In this document: one piece after another, positions 53,025 to 60,303 of the stretch
How positions within the stretch are numbered: the stretch's first letter is position 1
Layout of the letters: each line of letters opens with the position of its first letter
NCBI GenBank assembly: GCA_947303735.1
Contig: CAMYZD010000001.1
Span: 1-60,303, forward strand
DNA: 60,303 nucleotides
Direction of reading: 5' to 3'
From: an uncultured Bacteroidales bacterium
GTDB taxonomy: Bacteria; Bacteroidota; Bacteroidia; Bacteroidales; P3
The notes under the pieces: model-generated
What the model was told of the DNA's origin: nothing
What the model saw: the letters and a program-made list of their open reading frames with translations, nothing else
The model's database searches: none
Position numbers and translations under genes: made by a program

Positions 53025-53852
53025 ATGATTAAACGTTTGATCAAGAAAATAAAGGCTTTCCGAAAGTATATAAAGGAGGGTGGTCGTATTGCCCATCTGA
53101 CTTTTAGTCAGATTGAGTACGACCAGATTCTTCGCGGTAGAAAAGTTATCGTTACAGGTGGTAGTGATGGCATCGGGTTGGCCATCGCAAAGAAGTTTAT
53201 TGCGGTAGGGGCCGAGGTAGTCGTCACTGGACGAAATATGGACAAATTGGAGAAGGCCCGTGAAGAAATAAATTCCAACAGATTGCATATTCTTCAATGG
53301 GATATTTCGGAAATTGCCTCAAATGGCAAAAAATTGAGCGAAGCAATACAGATACTTGGTGGATTGGATATTCTCATCAATAATGCTGCCTTTTTGGCAA
53401 GGTATTGTACCGATGAAGCGTTTTATGATAAGACGATGGAGACTAATCTAAAGGCTCCTTACTTTATTTGTCAAGACGTGATAAAGTATTTCCTCGACCA
53501 TAATAAAGACTCGATAAGTAAGATTATTAATATAACCAGCATCAATGCATTCCAAAGCTCTGACCATCCGTATTATATATCCAAGAGTGCACTCACTGCG
53601 TTAACTAGAGGTCTTGCTCGTAAAGTGGCAGACAAAAATATCGTTGTCAACGCTATAGCACCAGGTGTATGCGCAAGCTCAATTAATTATAGGGATGTGT
53701 CAGAAAATGCGTGGTCTGACGTTTCGCTTAACCACCGTATCGTTTTGCCTGAGGAGATTGCCGAAATTGCAGCATTCCTATGTAGTGATGCGGCCAATGG
53801 TATTATCGGACAAACGATTGTTTGTGATGGGGGTGCTTTGGTCAGAATGTAA
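53025..53852 (+). CDS. SDR family oxidoreductase
   Basis: Has the cofactor motif VTGGSDGIGLAIA and the catalytic YYISKSAL (YxxxK). Confidence 0.88.
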   Translation: MIKRLIKKIKAFRKYIKEGGRIAHLTFSQIEYDQILRGRKVIVTGGSDGIGLAIAKKFIAVGAEVVVTGRNMDKLEKAREEINSNRLHILQWDISEIASNGKKLSEAIQILGGLDILINNAAFLARYCTDEAFYDKTMETNLKAPYFICQDVIKYFLDHNKDSISKIINITSINAFQSSDHPYYISKSALTALTRGLARKVADKNIVVNAIAPGVCASSINYRDVSENAWSDVSLNHRIVLPEEIAEIAAFLCSDAANGIIGQTIVCDGGALVRM

Positions 53853-53857
53853 GTGCT

Positions 53858-54700
53858 ATGGATTATATCAATATAGAGAATCTCGATATCCCTATGGTGG
53901 GATTGGGAACCTTCTCAATGCATGGAGAGGAGTTGAAGGCGGTCATCACTTCGGCCATGGGTATGGGCTATTGTTTTTTCGACACAGCCTATAGGTATGG
54001 GAACGAAAGTGAAATTGGAGATATTGTAAAAGCGCAGCAAGATGAGATAGGCAATGCTGCACCTGTAGTCCTGTCGACAAAGTATAGCGGTCTGCAGTAT
54101 CGTGGCAGAAAGAATAGACTCTTTTTAGACAAAAAGTCTCCCAAGAGAGCTTTGTCGACTTCTTTACACTGCCTTTGCCGGGACAACATAGACTTGTACC
54201 TACTTCATAGCCCTTTCCGTGGTTTTCAGAAGGCGTACGAAAAAATGTTGAAAGAGAAGGAGAAAGGCAGAATCACGGTGACGGGGGTTAGTGGCTATAG
54301 CGTCGACCAACTTAAAATGATAAAGGACTATTGTGGGGTGTATCCCATGATTGATATGATAGAGTTGCATCCGTATCACTCCTCGAGGGCATTAGTGGAT
54401 TTCTGTAAAGAGAATGGCATCAAGCTGATTGCAAGGTCTCCTTTTGCTCATGGTGAAATTCTTCCGTTATTAAGTACCGATAAGGATATTACTAGTATTG
54501 CCAATGAACACAATAAGAGTGTTCCACAGGTCGTTCTGAGGTGGATTATTCAGCAAGGGGTGGTCGCATTGCCTAGGACTAAGAACCCAAGCCATTTGCA
54601 AGAGAATATCAATGTCTTTGATTTTGAATTGACAAGTAGCGAAATGCATGTGATTGATATGAAAAACAAAGACTTGTCATTCGGTACCGTGAAAAGGTGA
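53858..54700 (+). CDS. Aldo/keto reductase
   Basis: Has GLGTFSM, DTAYRYGNE, LYLLHSP and LPRTKNPSHLQEN motifs. Confidence 0.9.
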   Translation: MDYINIENLDIPMVGLGTFSMHGEELKAVITSAMGMGYCFFDTAYRYGNESEIGDIVKAQQDEIGNAAPVVLSTKYSGLQYRGRKNRLFLDKKSPKRALSTSLHCLCRDNIDLYLLHSPFRGFQKAYEKMLKEKEKGRITVTGVSGYSVDQLKMIKDYCGVYPMIDMIELHPYHSSRALVDFCKENGIKLIARSPFAHGEILPLLSTDKDITSIANEHNKSVPQVVLRWIIQQGVVALPRTKNPSHLQENINVFDFELTSSEMHVIDMKNKDLSFGTVKR

Positions 54701-54724
54701 GCCATATGAAACCCAAAATTAAAG

Positions 54725-54752
54725 CCAAATCGGTCATTAGGCCGACTTTTTT
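54725..54752 (+). terminator. Conserved terminator-like cassette (copy C)
   Basis: ccaaatcggtcattaggccgactttttt. It folds as the stem tcggtc/ggccga with an ATTA loop, then C-T6. It starts 25 nt after the AKR stop and is nested inside a 9-bp outer inverted repeat, aacccaaaa (54710-54718) and ttttgggtt (54749-54757). Confidence 0.6.
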
Positions 54753-54860
54753 GGGTTAAAGCCGCCCTTGACCTAGGAGGTAACCTCTCGTCTCGCTGCG
54801 CGCATAGGGAATAATCCCATGCCGTGTGTCTCGTCGGAGGTAATAGGGTCTTGTGAGGGT

Positions 54861-56582
54861 CTATAGTCTTGGTATGGCATCGAGGAGGCGTTGGGTGTAG
54901 GGGTGCTGAGGATGGGCGAAGAGTTTGTCGGCTGGGCCTTGCTCCACAATACGTCCCTTTTCCATGACTAGGATACGGTCGGAGAGGAATTTGACCACAG
55001 ATAGGTCGTGAGTGATAAAAAGGTAGGTGTAGCCGTGTTTCTCTTTGAGTTCGTTGAGAAGGTTAAGCACTTGGGCCTGCACGGATACATCTAGTGCTGA
55101 AACGCTTTCGTCGCAGATGATTAATTCGGGCTGTAGGATGAGGGCTCGGGCGATGCAGACGCGCTGGCGTTGCCCGCCGCTGAATTCGTGGGGATAGCGG
55201 TCATACCAGTCAGGTTCGAGCCCTACCTGCTGCATGAGGGAGAGGACTTTCTCTTTGATAGAAGGTCTAGAGATACTAGTTTTACTAGTATTGCTAGTCT
55301 GTCTAGCAATACTAGTGTTGTGGACTATTAGGGGCTCTGCTATGGCTTCGCCTATGGTGATGCGTGGGTTAAGGGAGGAATAGGGGTCTTGGAAGATAAT
55401 CTGCATCTTGCGACGGAGGGCCTTTGTCTCGGACGAGGAGAGGTGGTCGAGGCTTTTGCCGTCGTATTCAATACTGCCAGAACTTCGCTCTATCAGTTGC
55501 AAGATGGCACGCCCGAGGGTACTTTTGCCGCAACCGCTTTCGCCAACAAGACCCACGGTCTCTCCACGGTAGATGTCGAATGAGAGTCCGTCAACGGCTT
55601 TTAGTTCTTTTGTTACTTTGCCAAAGAGGGTGGTTTCGAGGGGGTAGGTGACTTCGAGGTTGCGGACGCGAAGTAGGGGAGACTTTCTGTTTAATTGAGA
55701 ATTGGGAGTTGAGAATTGAGAATTATTGGAGGTTTCAGCCATATCTTTACTACTCCATTCTCCTTTCTCGTTTTCAAGAAAGTCCTTGACGGTCAGTAGG
55801 CGGTGGGGGCGGCTGTCCAACGGTGGGCGGCAAGCAAGGAGACCTTTGGTATAAGGATGTCGAGGGTGGTGAAGCACCTGTTGTGCTTCGCCCTGCTCCA
55901 CTATTTCACCATGATACATCACGGCTACCTCGTCGGCAATTTGGGCAATCACTCCGAGATCGTGGGTGATGAAGATAATGCCCATGTGATATTTCTTTTG
56001 CAGGGAGCGCAGAAGGTCGAGAATGGTTTTCTGCACAGTGACGTCGAGGGCGGTGGTGGGCTCGTCGGCGATGAGAAGGTCGGGGTGGCATATCAGCGCC
56101 ATGGCTATCATAACACGCTGCTTCTGTCCGCCACTGATTTCGTGGGGATAGCTGCGGTAAATCTTCTCGGGACGGGGAAGCATGACTTCTTCAAAGAGTT
56201 GTATGGTGCGCTGCCGGGCTTCCTGTCGCGACACCTTCTCGTGGGCCAGAAGCATCTCTTCCACCTGTTTGCCACACCGCTGTACGGGGTTGAGGCTGGT
56301 CATGGGCTCTTGGAAAATCATGGATACGCGTCCGTGAAGGTCGGTCCATGAGCCGGTGGCCTGTGCCGTTCGGGGCAACAGACCCATGAGGGCTAGAACT
56401 GAAACCGATTTGCCGCTACCCGACTCACCTACGATGCCCAAGGTGGTGCCTCTACGCACGTTGAATGAGATGCCTTTGACGACTTCGTGATAAGTTCCTT
56501 CATGCGTAAAACCGATGTGCAAATCTGTTACTTTTAATACTGTTTGATCCATGAAATCCAAGATTTTTTTACTAAAACGCAT
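54861..56582 (-). CDS. ABC transporter ATP-binding protein with duplicated ATPase domains (Dpp/Opp/YejF-like)
   Basis: 573 aa. Has two Walker A motifs (GESGSGKS, GESGCGKS), two signatures (ISGGQKQR, FSGGQRQR) and HPYT-type oligo_HPY tails. No permease or binding-protein gene is adjacent. Confidence 0.9.
   Translation of the reverse strand: MRFSKKILDFMDQTVLKVTDLHIGFTHEGTYHEVVKGISFNVRRGTTLGIVGESGSGKSVSVLALMGLLPRTAQATGSWTDLHGRVSMIFQEPMTSLNPVQRCGKQVEEMLLAHEKVSRQEARQRTIQLFEEVMLPRPEKIYRSYPHEISGGQKQRVMIAMALICHPDLLIADEPTTALDVTVQKTILDLLRSLQKKYHMGIIFITHDLGVIAQIADEVAVMYHGEIVEQGEAQQVLHHPRHPYTKGLLACRPPLDSRPHRLLTVKDFLENEKGEWSSKDMAETSNNSQFSTPNSQLNRKSPLLRVRNLEVTYPLETTLFGKVTKELKAVDGLSFDIYRGETVGLVGESGCGKSTLGRAILQLIERSSGSIEYDGKSLDHLSSSETKALRRKMQIIFQDPYSSLNPRITIGEAIAEPLIVHNTSIARQTSNTSKTSISRPSIKEKVLSLMQQVGLEPDWYDRYPHEFSGGQRQRVCIARALILQPELIICDESVSALDVSVQAQVLNLLNELKEKHGYTYLFITHDLSVVKFLSDRILVMEKGRIVEQGPADKLFAHPQHPYTQRLLDAIPRL
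55266..55319. repeat. Tandem 9-bp array, 6 units (tctagagat actagtttt actagtatt gctagtctg tctagcaat actagtgtt) inside the ABC ATPase gene
   Basis: Exact 9-bp phasing. On the coding (minus) strand it reads ACT-AGT-NNN and encodes NTSIARQTSNTSKTSISRP. Confidence 0.95.
55695..55729 (+). repeat. Heptad array, about 5 units (ttgagaa ttgggag ttgagaa ttgagaa ttattgg) inside the ABC ATPase gene
   Basis: 7-bp phasing, antisense to the coding strand. It encodes the inter-domain linker segment NNSQFSTPNSQLN. Confidence 0.9.
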
Positions 56583-56612
56583 TTTTTATTCTTTTATTTG
56601 AAATAATGTGTG

Positions 56613-56620
56613 TAAATTTG
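56613..56620 (+). promoter_or_regulatory. Candidate -7 box (TAAATTTG) for rocD
   Basis: 81 nt upstream of the ATG at 56701. Confidence 0.35.
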
Positions 56621-56700
56621 CAAATTATTTTTCAACCCCCGACATTCTGTTGAATAATAGAAACAATAAATAACAACTAATCAATTTAAAGGATACATCT

Positions 56701-57921
56701 ATGACAAAGTCAGAAGAATTCATGGAGATGGAAGCCCGCTATGGTGCTCACAACTATCATCCACTACCCGTCGTTCTTGCCAAAGGTGAGGGCGCATTTG
56801 TATGGGACTGCGAAGGGAAACGCTATTTCGATTTCCTTTCTGCCTATTCAGCTGTCAACCAAGGCCACTGCCATCCCAAGATTGTCAAAGCTCTCTGCGA
56901 CCAAGCTCACGAGCTGACGCTGAGTAGCCGTGCTTTTTATAACAACTGTCTCGGTGAATGGGAAAAGTATGTCACCGAATACTTCGGCTATGAGAAGGTG
57001 CTGCCCATGAACAGCGGTGCCGAGGCCGACGAGACCGCCTTGAAACTGGCACGCCGTTGGGGTGTCGTCAAGAAGGGTATCAAGAATGACGAGGTGATGA
57101 TTGTCTGCTGCGAAGGCAACTTCCACGGCCGCACCATCACCATCATCACCATGAGTAACGACCCCGAGAGCTATGCCAACTATGGCCCCATGACCCCGGG
57201 TTTCATCCGCATTCCTTATAACGACCCTGCCGCCCTTGAGAAGGTGCTTGAAGAAAAGGGTGACAAGATTGCAGGTTTCCTGCTCGAGCCTATCCAGGGC
57301 GAGGCTGGTGTCTATGTCCCAGATGAGGGTTACCTGAAGAAATGCTACGACATCTGCAAGAAGCACAACGTGCTCTTCATGGCCGACGAGGTGCAGTGCG
57401 GTATTGCCCGTACAGGTAAGATGCTGGCTTGCGACCACGAAGGCGTGCGTCCCGATATCCTTATCCTGGGTAAGGCCCTCGGTGGCGGTGTGGTACCCGT
57501 CAGCTGTGTGTTGGCCGACGACGATATCATGCTCAACATCAAGCCCGGTGAGCACGGCTCTACCTTCGGTGGCAATCCCATCGCCGCCAAGGTCTCTATC
57601 GCTGCCCTGCAGGTGGTGAAGGACGAGCACCTGATGGAGAATGCCGACCGCCTAGGTAAGATTTTCCGTGAGGAGATGAGCAACTTCAAGAGCCCCATGA
57701 TTGAGAAGGTGCGCGGTAAAGGTCTCTTGAACGCCATCATCATCAAGCCTCACAATGGTAAAGAGGCTTGGGATGTCTGCTTGAAGATGCGTGACTTGGG
57801 TGTTCTGGCCAAGCCCACCCACCAGCACATCATCCGCTTTGCTCCTCCGCTGGTCATTACCGAAGAGCAACTGCGCGAAGCAATGGAGCTTATCAAGAAA
57901 GCTATCGCTTCGTTCGAATAA
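56701..57921 (+). CDS. rocD: Ornithine--oxo-acid aminotransferase
   Basis: 406 aa class-III aminotransferase with [24 protein letters not shown] and the PLP-lysine context ILGKALGGG. Confidence 0.9.
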   Translation: MTKSEEFMEMEARYGAHNYHPLPVVLAKGEGAFVWDCEGKRYFDFLSAYSAVNQGHCHPKIVKALCDQAHELTLSSRAFYNNCLGEWEKYVTEYFGYEKVLPMNSGAEADETALKLARRWGVVKKGIKNDEVMIVCCEGNFHGRTITIITMSNDPESYANYGPMTPGFIRIPYNDPAALEKVLEEKGDKIAGFLLEPIQGEAGVYVPDEGYLKKCYDICKKHNVLFMADEVQCGIARTGKMLACDHEGVRPDILILGKALGGGVVPVSCVLADDDIMLNIKPGEHGSTFGGNPIAAKVSIAALQVVKDEHLMENADRLGKIFREEMSNFKSPMIEKVRGKGLLNAIIIKPHNGKEAWDVCLKMRDLGVLAKPTHQHIIRFAPPLVITEEQLREAMELIKKAIASFE

Positions 57922-57946
57922 GAACGGCGTGTGTTCATGATAATTT

Positions 57947-57976
57947 GAAGGAGGGTATCGAAGGATGCCCTCCTTC
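57947..57976. terminator. Bidirectional hairpin between convergent rocD and the GH2 gene
   Basis: gaaggagggtatc (57947-57959), loop gaag, gatgccctccttc (57964-57976). The 13-bp stem has one G.U-type mismatch. Confidence 0.7.
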
Positions 57977-57984
57977 TATATTTT

Positions 57985-60084
57985 CTATCGGTTGTAAATG
58001 TCGTTAAGACATTTGAGGGTGACTTTCACCTTCGAGAGGTCTGCGTCGGGGTGAAGAGGGATGAATGTGGCGGTGAGTGAGGCCCCTTTGTTGAGGTCGA
58101 AATAGTTATAATCAAAATGGCCGTCTACATGAGGTTCGGTTTGTAGCATCACGTCGCGGAGATAGTTGTTCGCCTCAACGGTGGCAGTCAGTCGGCCTCG
58201 CTTGTCGATGTTTTGGCTGAGATTGTAACTGGCTTTCGCAAGGTGCAGCCTGCGGGGATAGGTCTTGTAATAATTGTTGAACTGCTTCAAGTCCACGTTG
58301 TCGTCGAAAAGGTCGCGGGCGCGATAGTGTATGGCCTTCCAATTTCCATAATAGTCGATGCTGCTCCAAGAGGCTACCGGCCAGCAGTCGTCCAATTGCC
58401 AGTAGAGGGTGCCCATGCAGTGGGGCTGCTGTGTCAGGTGCTGGTAAATGCCATACCCCATACCCCAAGCTTGCAGCAATTGGCTCACATAGCAGAAATC
58501 CTCCAGCGACAGGCTCTTGCTGTCCACGCCATAGTACTGCATCATGGCCTTATCTATTATCTCAAGGCCTCGTCCGTGCTTCTGGTGACTCTTCATAGTA
58601 GGCGAGTTGATGCTGAGTTGGTCCTTTGGACAATAGCGACACACCGTGCTGTAGTCGGGATAGCTCTGGAAACCGTATTCCGACATAAAACGCCCGGTCT
58701 TTTCCTTGTACATCTCAAAAGGCTGTTCGCCCCACCATACACCCCAGTAGTGGCTGTCGCCATGGGTGACACATTCGGGATGCCCCCATCCGTAGAGCGG
58801 CGAGGAGGTGATATAGGCGCGGTGCAGTGGGTCGTATTGCTTAACGGCTTGTGCCAAGATGCCGTTCTCGCCAAAGAGGGTGTCAATGCCGTGCTGCAGG
58901 GTGGCTATCTGTTCGGGTGTCCAGTTGTATTGCTGCTGCCAACCCCAGTCTTCCCAGCCGTTCTTCACCTCGTTGTTGCCACACCACACCACCACGCAAG
59001 GATGCTGAGCTATGCGGCGCACCTGCTGCTCGGCTTCAATCTTCACGTTGTTAAGGAAGTTGGAGTCAGAAGGATAGAGGGCGCAGCTGAAGTTGAAATC
59101 CTGCCACACCATAATGCCCAACGAGTCGCAAAGGTCGTAGAAGTAGTCGGGCTCGTATATGCCGCCGCCCCACACGCGTAGCATGTTGAAGTTTGCCTCC
59201 TTGGCGGAGGTGAGCAGGTAGCGATAGCGCTCTTTCATGGCTGGTGTTAAGATGGGGAATGAGTGGCAGGGTATCCAGTTGGCACCTTTGGCAAAGATGG
59301 GTTTCCCGTTCTTGTAGAAGGTGAACGCCTGTCCGATAGCGTCTTTTTCCTGTCGCAACTCCACCTGCCACGATTCGGGTTGGTGCATTGGCTCTTCTGG
59401 CAGGTTGCCATTGTAGCACTCTAGTCTTGCCGAGCCGAGGATGCCCACAGTGCTGAGTTTTGGACCCCAATCCCATCCTAGCATATAGGGTGCCATGCGG
59501 CTCATGGCGCGGTGGTCGGGCAGGTCGTATTCCATGTCGGGCCAGGGGTGGCCGTCCGCCTCGCTCACCTCGGCGGCGAAATGGTTTTCGTTGTTGATTT
59601 CGATGGGGTAAAAGGTTATCTCCAGCAGGGTGCTGTCGTCCATGTCGGGCAGCATGTTGCCTTCCATCAACACGTCGAACAGACACACGCGGTATTCGCG
59701 GAACATATTGTCGCACATGATTGCGTGCCTTTGGAAATGTCCTCCGCTGACGTTCCCTTCCAACGTCACATCGCAATAGGTTACCCCTTGCAGCACTAGC
59801 TCGCAGTGCTCATACCCTTCCCACATGTCGCGGGTGATGATGGTGCGGTATTTCCACACCTGTTTGCCCACCCATTGCACCGAGTCCTCGTTGGTGCCAT
59901 AGAAGGGGTCGGGGATGATGCCGTGTGCCATCAGGTCGGTATGGATGCACCCCGGCACCGTGGCGTTTAGCCATTCTCCGTTGTATTCAAACTGCCAGTC
60001 GGTCAGTTCTGTTTGCTTGAAATCTTTGCTGCAACCTGTAAACAGTAGCATCAAGGTGGCCAAAATATAAATGATCCTCTTCAT
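57985..60084 (-). CDS. Glycoside hydrolase family 2, beta-mannosidase-like lipoprotein
   Basis: 699 aa with the lipobox LFTGC. The N-terminal WLNATVPGCIHTDLMAHGIIPDPFYGTNE is typical of GH2 beta-mannosidases, and NMLRVWGGG and WCGNNE motifs are present. Confidence 0.88.
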   Translation of the reverse strand: MKRIIYILATLMLLFTGCSKDFKQTELTDWQFEYNGEWLNATVPGCIHTDLMAHGIIPDPFYGTNEDSVQWVGKQVWKYRTIITRDMWEGYEHCELVLQGVTYCDVTLEGNVSGGHFQRHAIMCDNMFREYRVCLFDVLMEGNMLPDMDDSTLLEITFYPIEINNENHFAAEVSEADGHPWPDMEYDLPDHRAMSRMAPYMLGWDWGPKLSTVGILGSARLECYNGNLPEEPMHQPESWQVELRQEKDAIGQAFTFYKNGKPIFAKGANWIPCHSFPILTPAMKERYRYLLTSAKEANFNMLRVWGGGIYEPDYFYDLCDSLGIMVWQDFNFSCALYPSDSNFLNNVKIEAEQQVRRIAQHPCVVVWCGNNEVKNGWEDWGWQQQYNWTPEQIATLQHGIDTLFGENGILAQAVKQYDPLHRAYITSSPLYGWGHPECVTHGDSHYWGVWWGEQPFEMYKEKTGRFMSEYGFQSYPDYSTVCRYCPKDQLSINSPTMKSHQKHGRGLEIIDKAMMQYYGVDSKSLSLEDFCYVSQLLQAWGMGYGIYQHLTQQPHCMGTLYWQLDDCWPVASWSSIDYYGNWKAIHYRARDLFDDNVDLKQFNNYYKTYPRRLHLAKASYNLSQNIDKRGRLTATVEANNYLRDVMLQTEPHVDGHFDYNYFDLNKGASLTATFIPLHPDADLSKVKVTLKCLNDIYNR

Positions 60085-60085
60085 A

Positions 60086-60303
60086 TCAGTCAGTTTTCAT
60101 AAATGCAAAAAACACGGCAAGGATGATGAATCCAAATGCCACCAGATGGTTCCAGCGGATGGGCTCGCTTTTGAACACCAGCGCCACGATGAGTGTGAAC
60201 ACCGTCAGCGACACCCCCTCCTGTATTATCTTTAGCTGCATCAGCGAAAAGGGACCGCCCGTGATTTGCGAGCCGATGCGGTTGGCGGGAATCATAAACA
60301 TGT
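60086..60303 (-). CDS. Small DMT-superfamily (DUF486-like) membrane protein, C-terminal part only; the 5' end lies beyond the window
   Basis: The frame is open to the window end and encodes two hydrophobic helices. The stop (60086-60088) is 1 nt from the GH2 start, so the two are probably co-transcribed. Confidence 0.6.
   Translation of the reverse strand, partial: MFMIPANRIGSQITGGPFSLMQLKIIQEGVSLTVFTLIVALVFKSEPIRWNHLVAFGFIILAVFFAFMKTD

Overview
This 60.3-kb window looks like a core-chromosome segment of a Bacteroidota genome, probably Bacteroidales and Prevotella-like. That placement is an inference from T9SS C-terminal sorting domains, TAnnTTTG -7 promoter boxes close to start codons, a 286-aa RpoD and an S16 with a long tail. 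I call about 50 protein genes and one tRNA-Pro(GGG). All calls come from reading motifs in the supplied translations; no searches were run. Housekeeping genes dominate: dnaK (partial), tcdA, murF, lon, mgtC, rsmI, yebC-like, trmB, kdsB, a deoxynucleoside kinase, rsmG, rpoD, ribF, mutS2, folD, ffh, sdaA, rpsP, rimM and rocD. Accessory-looking content: (1) a BlaI/BlaR1(M56)-TonB_C pair divergent from an outer-membrane protein / imelysin / di-haem DUF1111 / CcsBA cluster; (2) two paralogous secreted FGE(SUMF1)-domain proteins with a lectin-like C-terminal half; (3) two paralogous T9SS-sorted Fn3 proteins with mosaic base composition, one preceded by an AT-rich orphan gene; (4) a PorE-like propeller/CRD/OmpA protein; (5) GH3 and GH2 glycosidases; (6) a membrane-protein/porin pair; (7) a three-gene operon of exported proteins that includes a YD-repeat lipoprotein; (8) an AT-rich SDR/aldo-keto-reductase pair; (9) an orphan double-ATPase ABC protein. 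I saw no rRNA, CRISPR, transposase, integrase, phage or recognisable defence genes. The most unusual signal is not a gene. Two families of short, strictly phased tandem arrays recur through the window: 9-bp ACTAGTNNN units at 4 loci and 7-bp KTGARAA units at 5-6 loci. Most sit at or within a few bases of stop codons, and some lie inside coding regions, where one array encodes a signal peptide and two form inserts in the ABC ATPase. A conserved ~25-bp terminator-like cassette also recurs three times.
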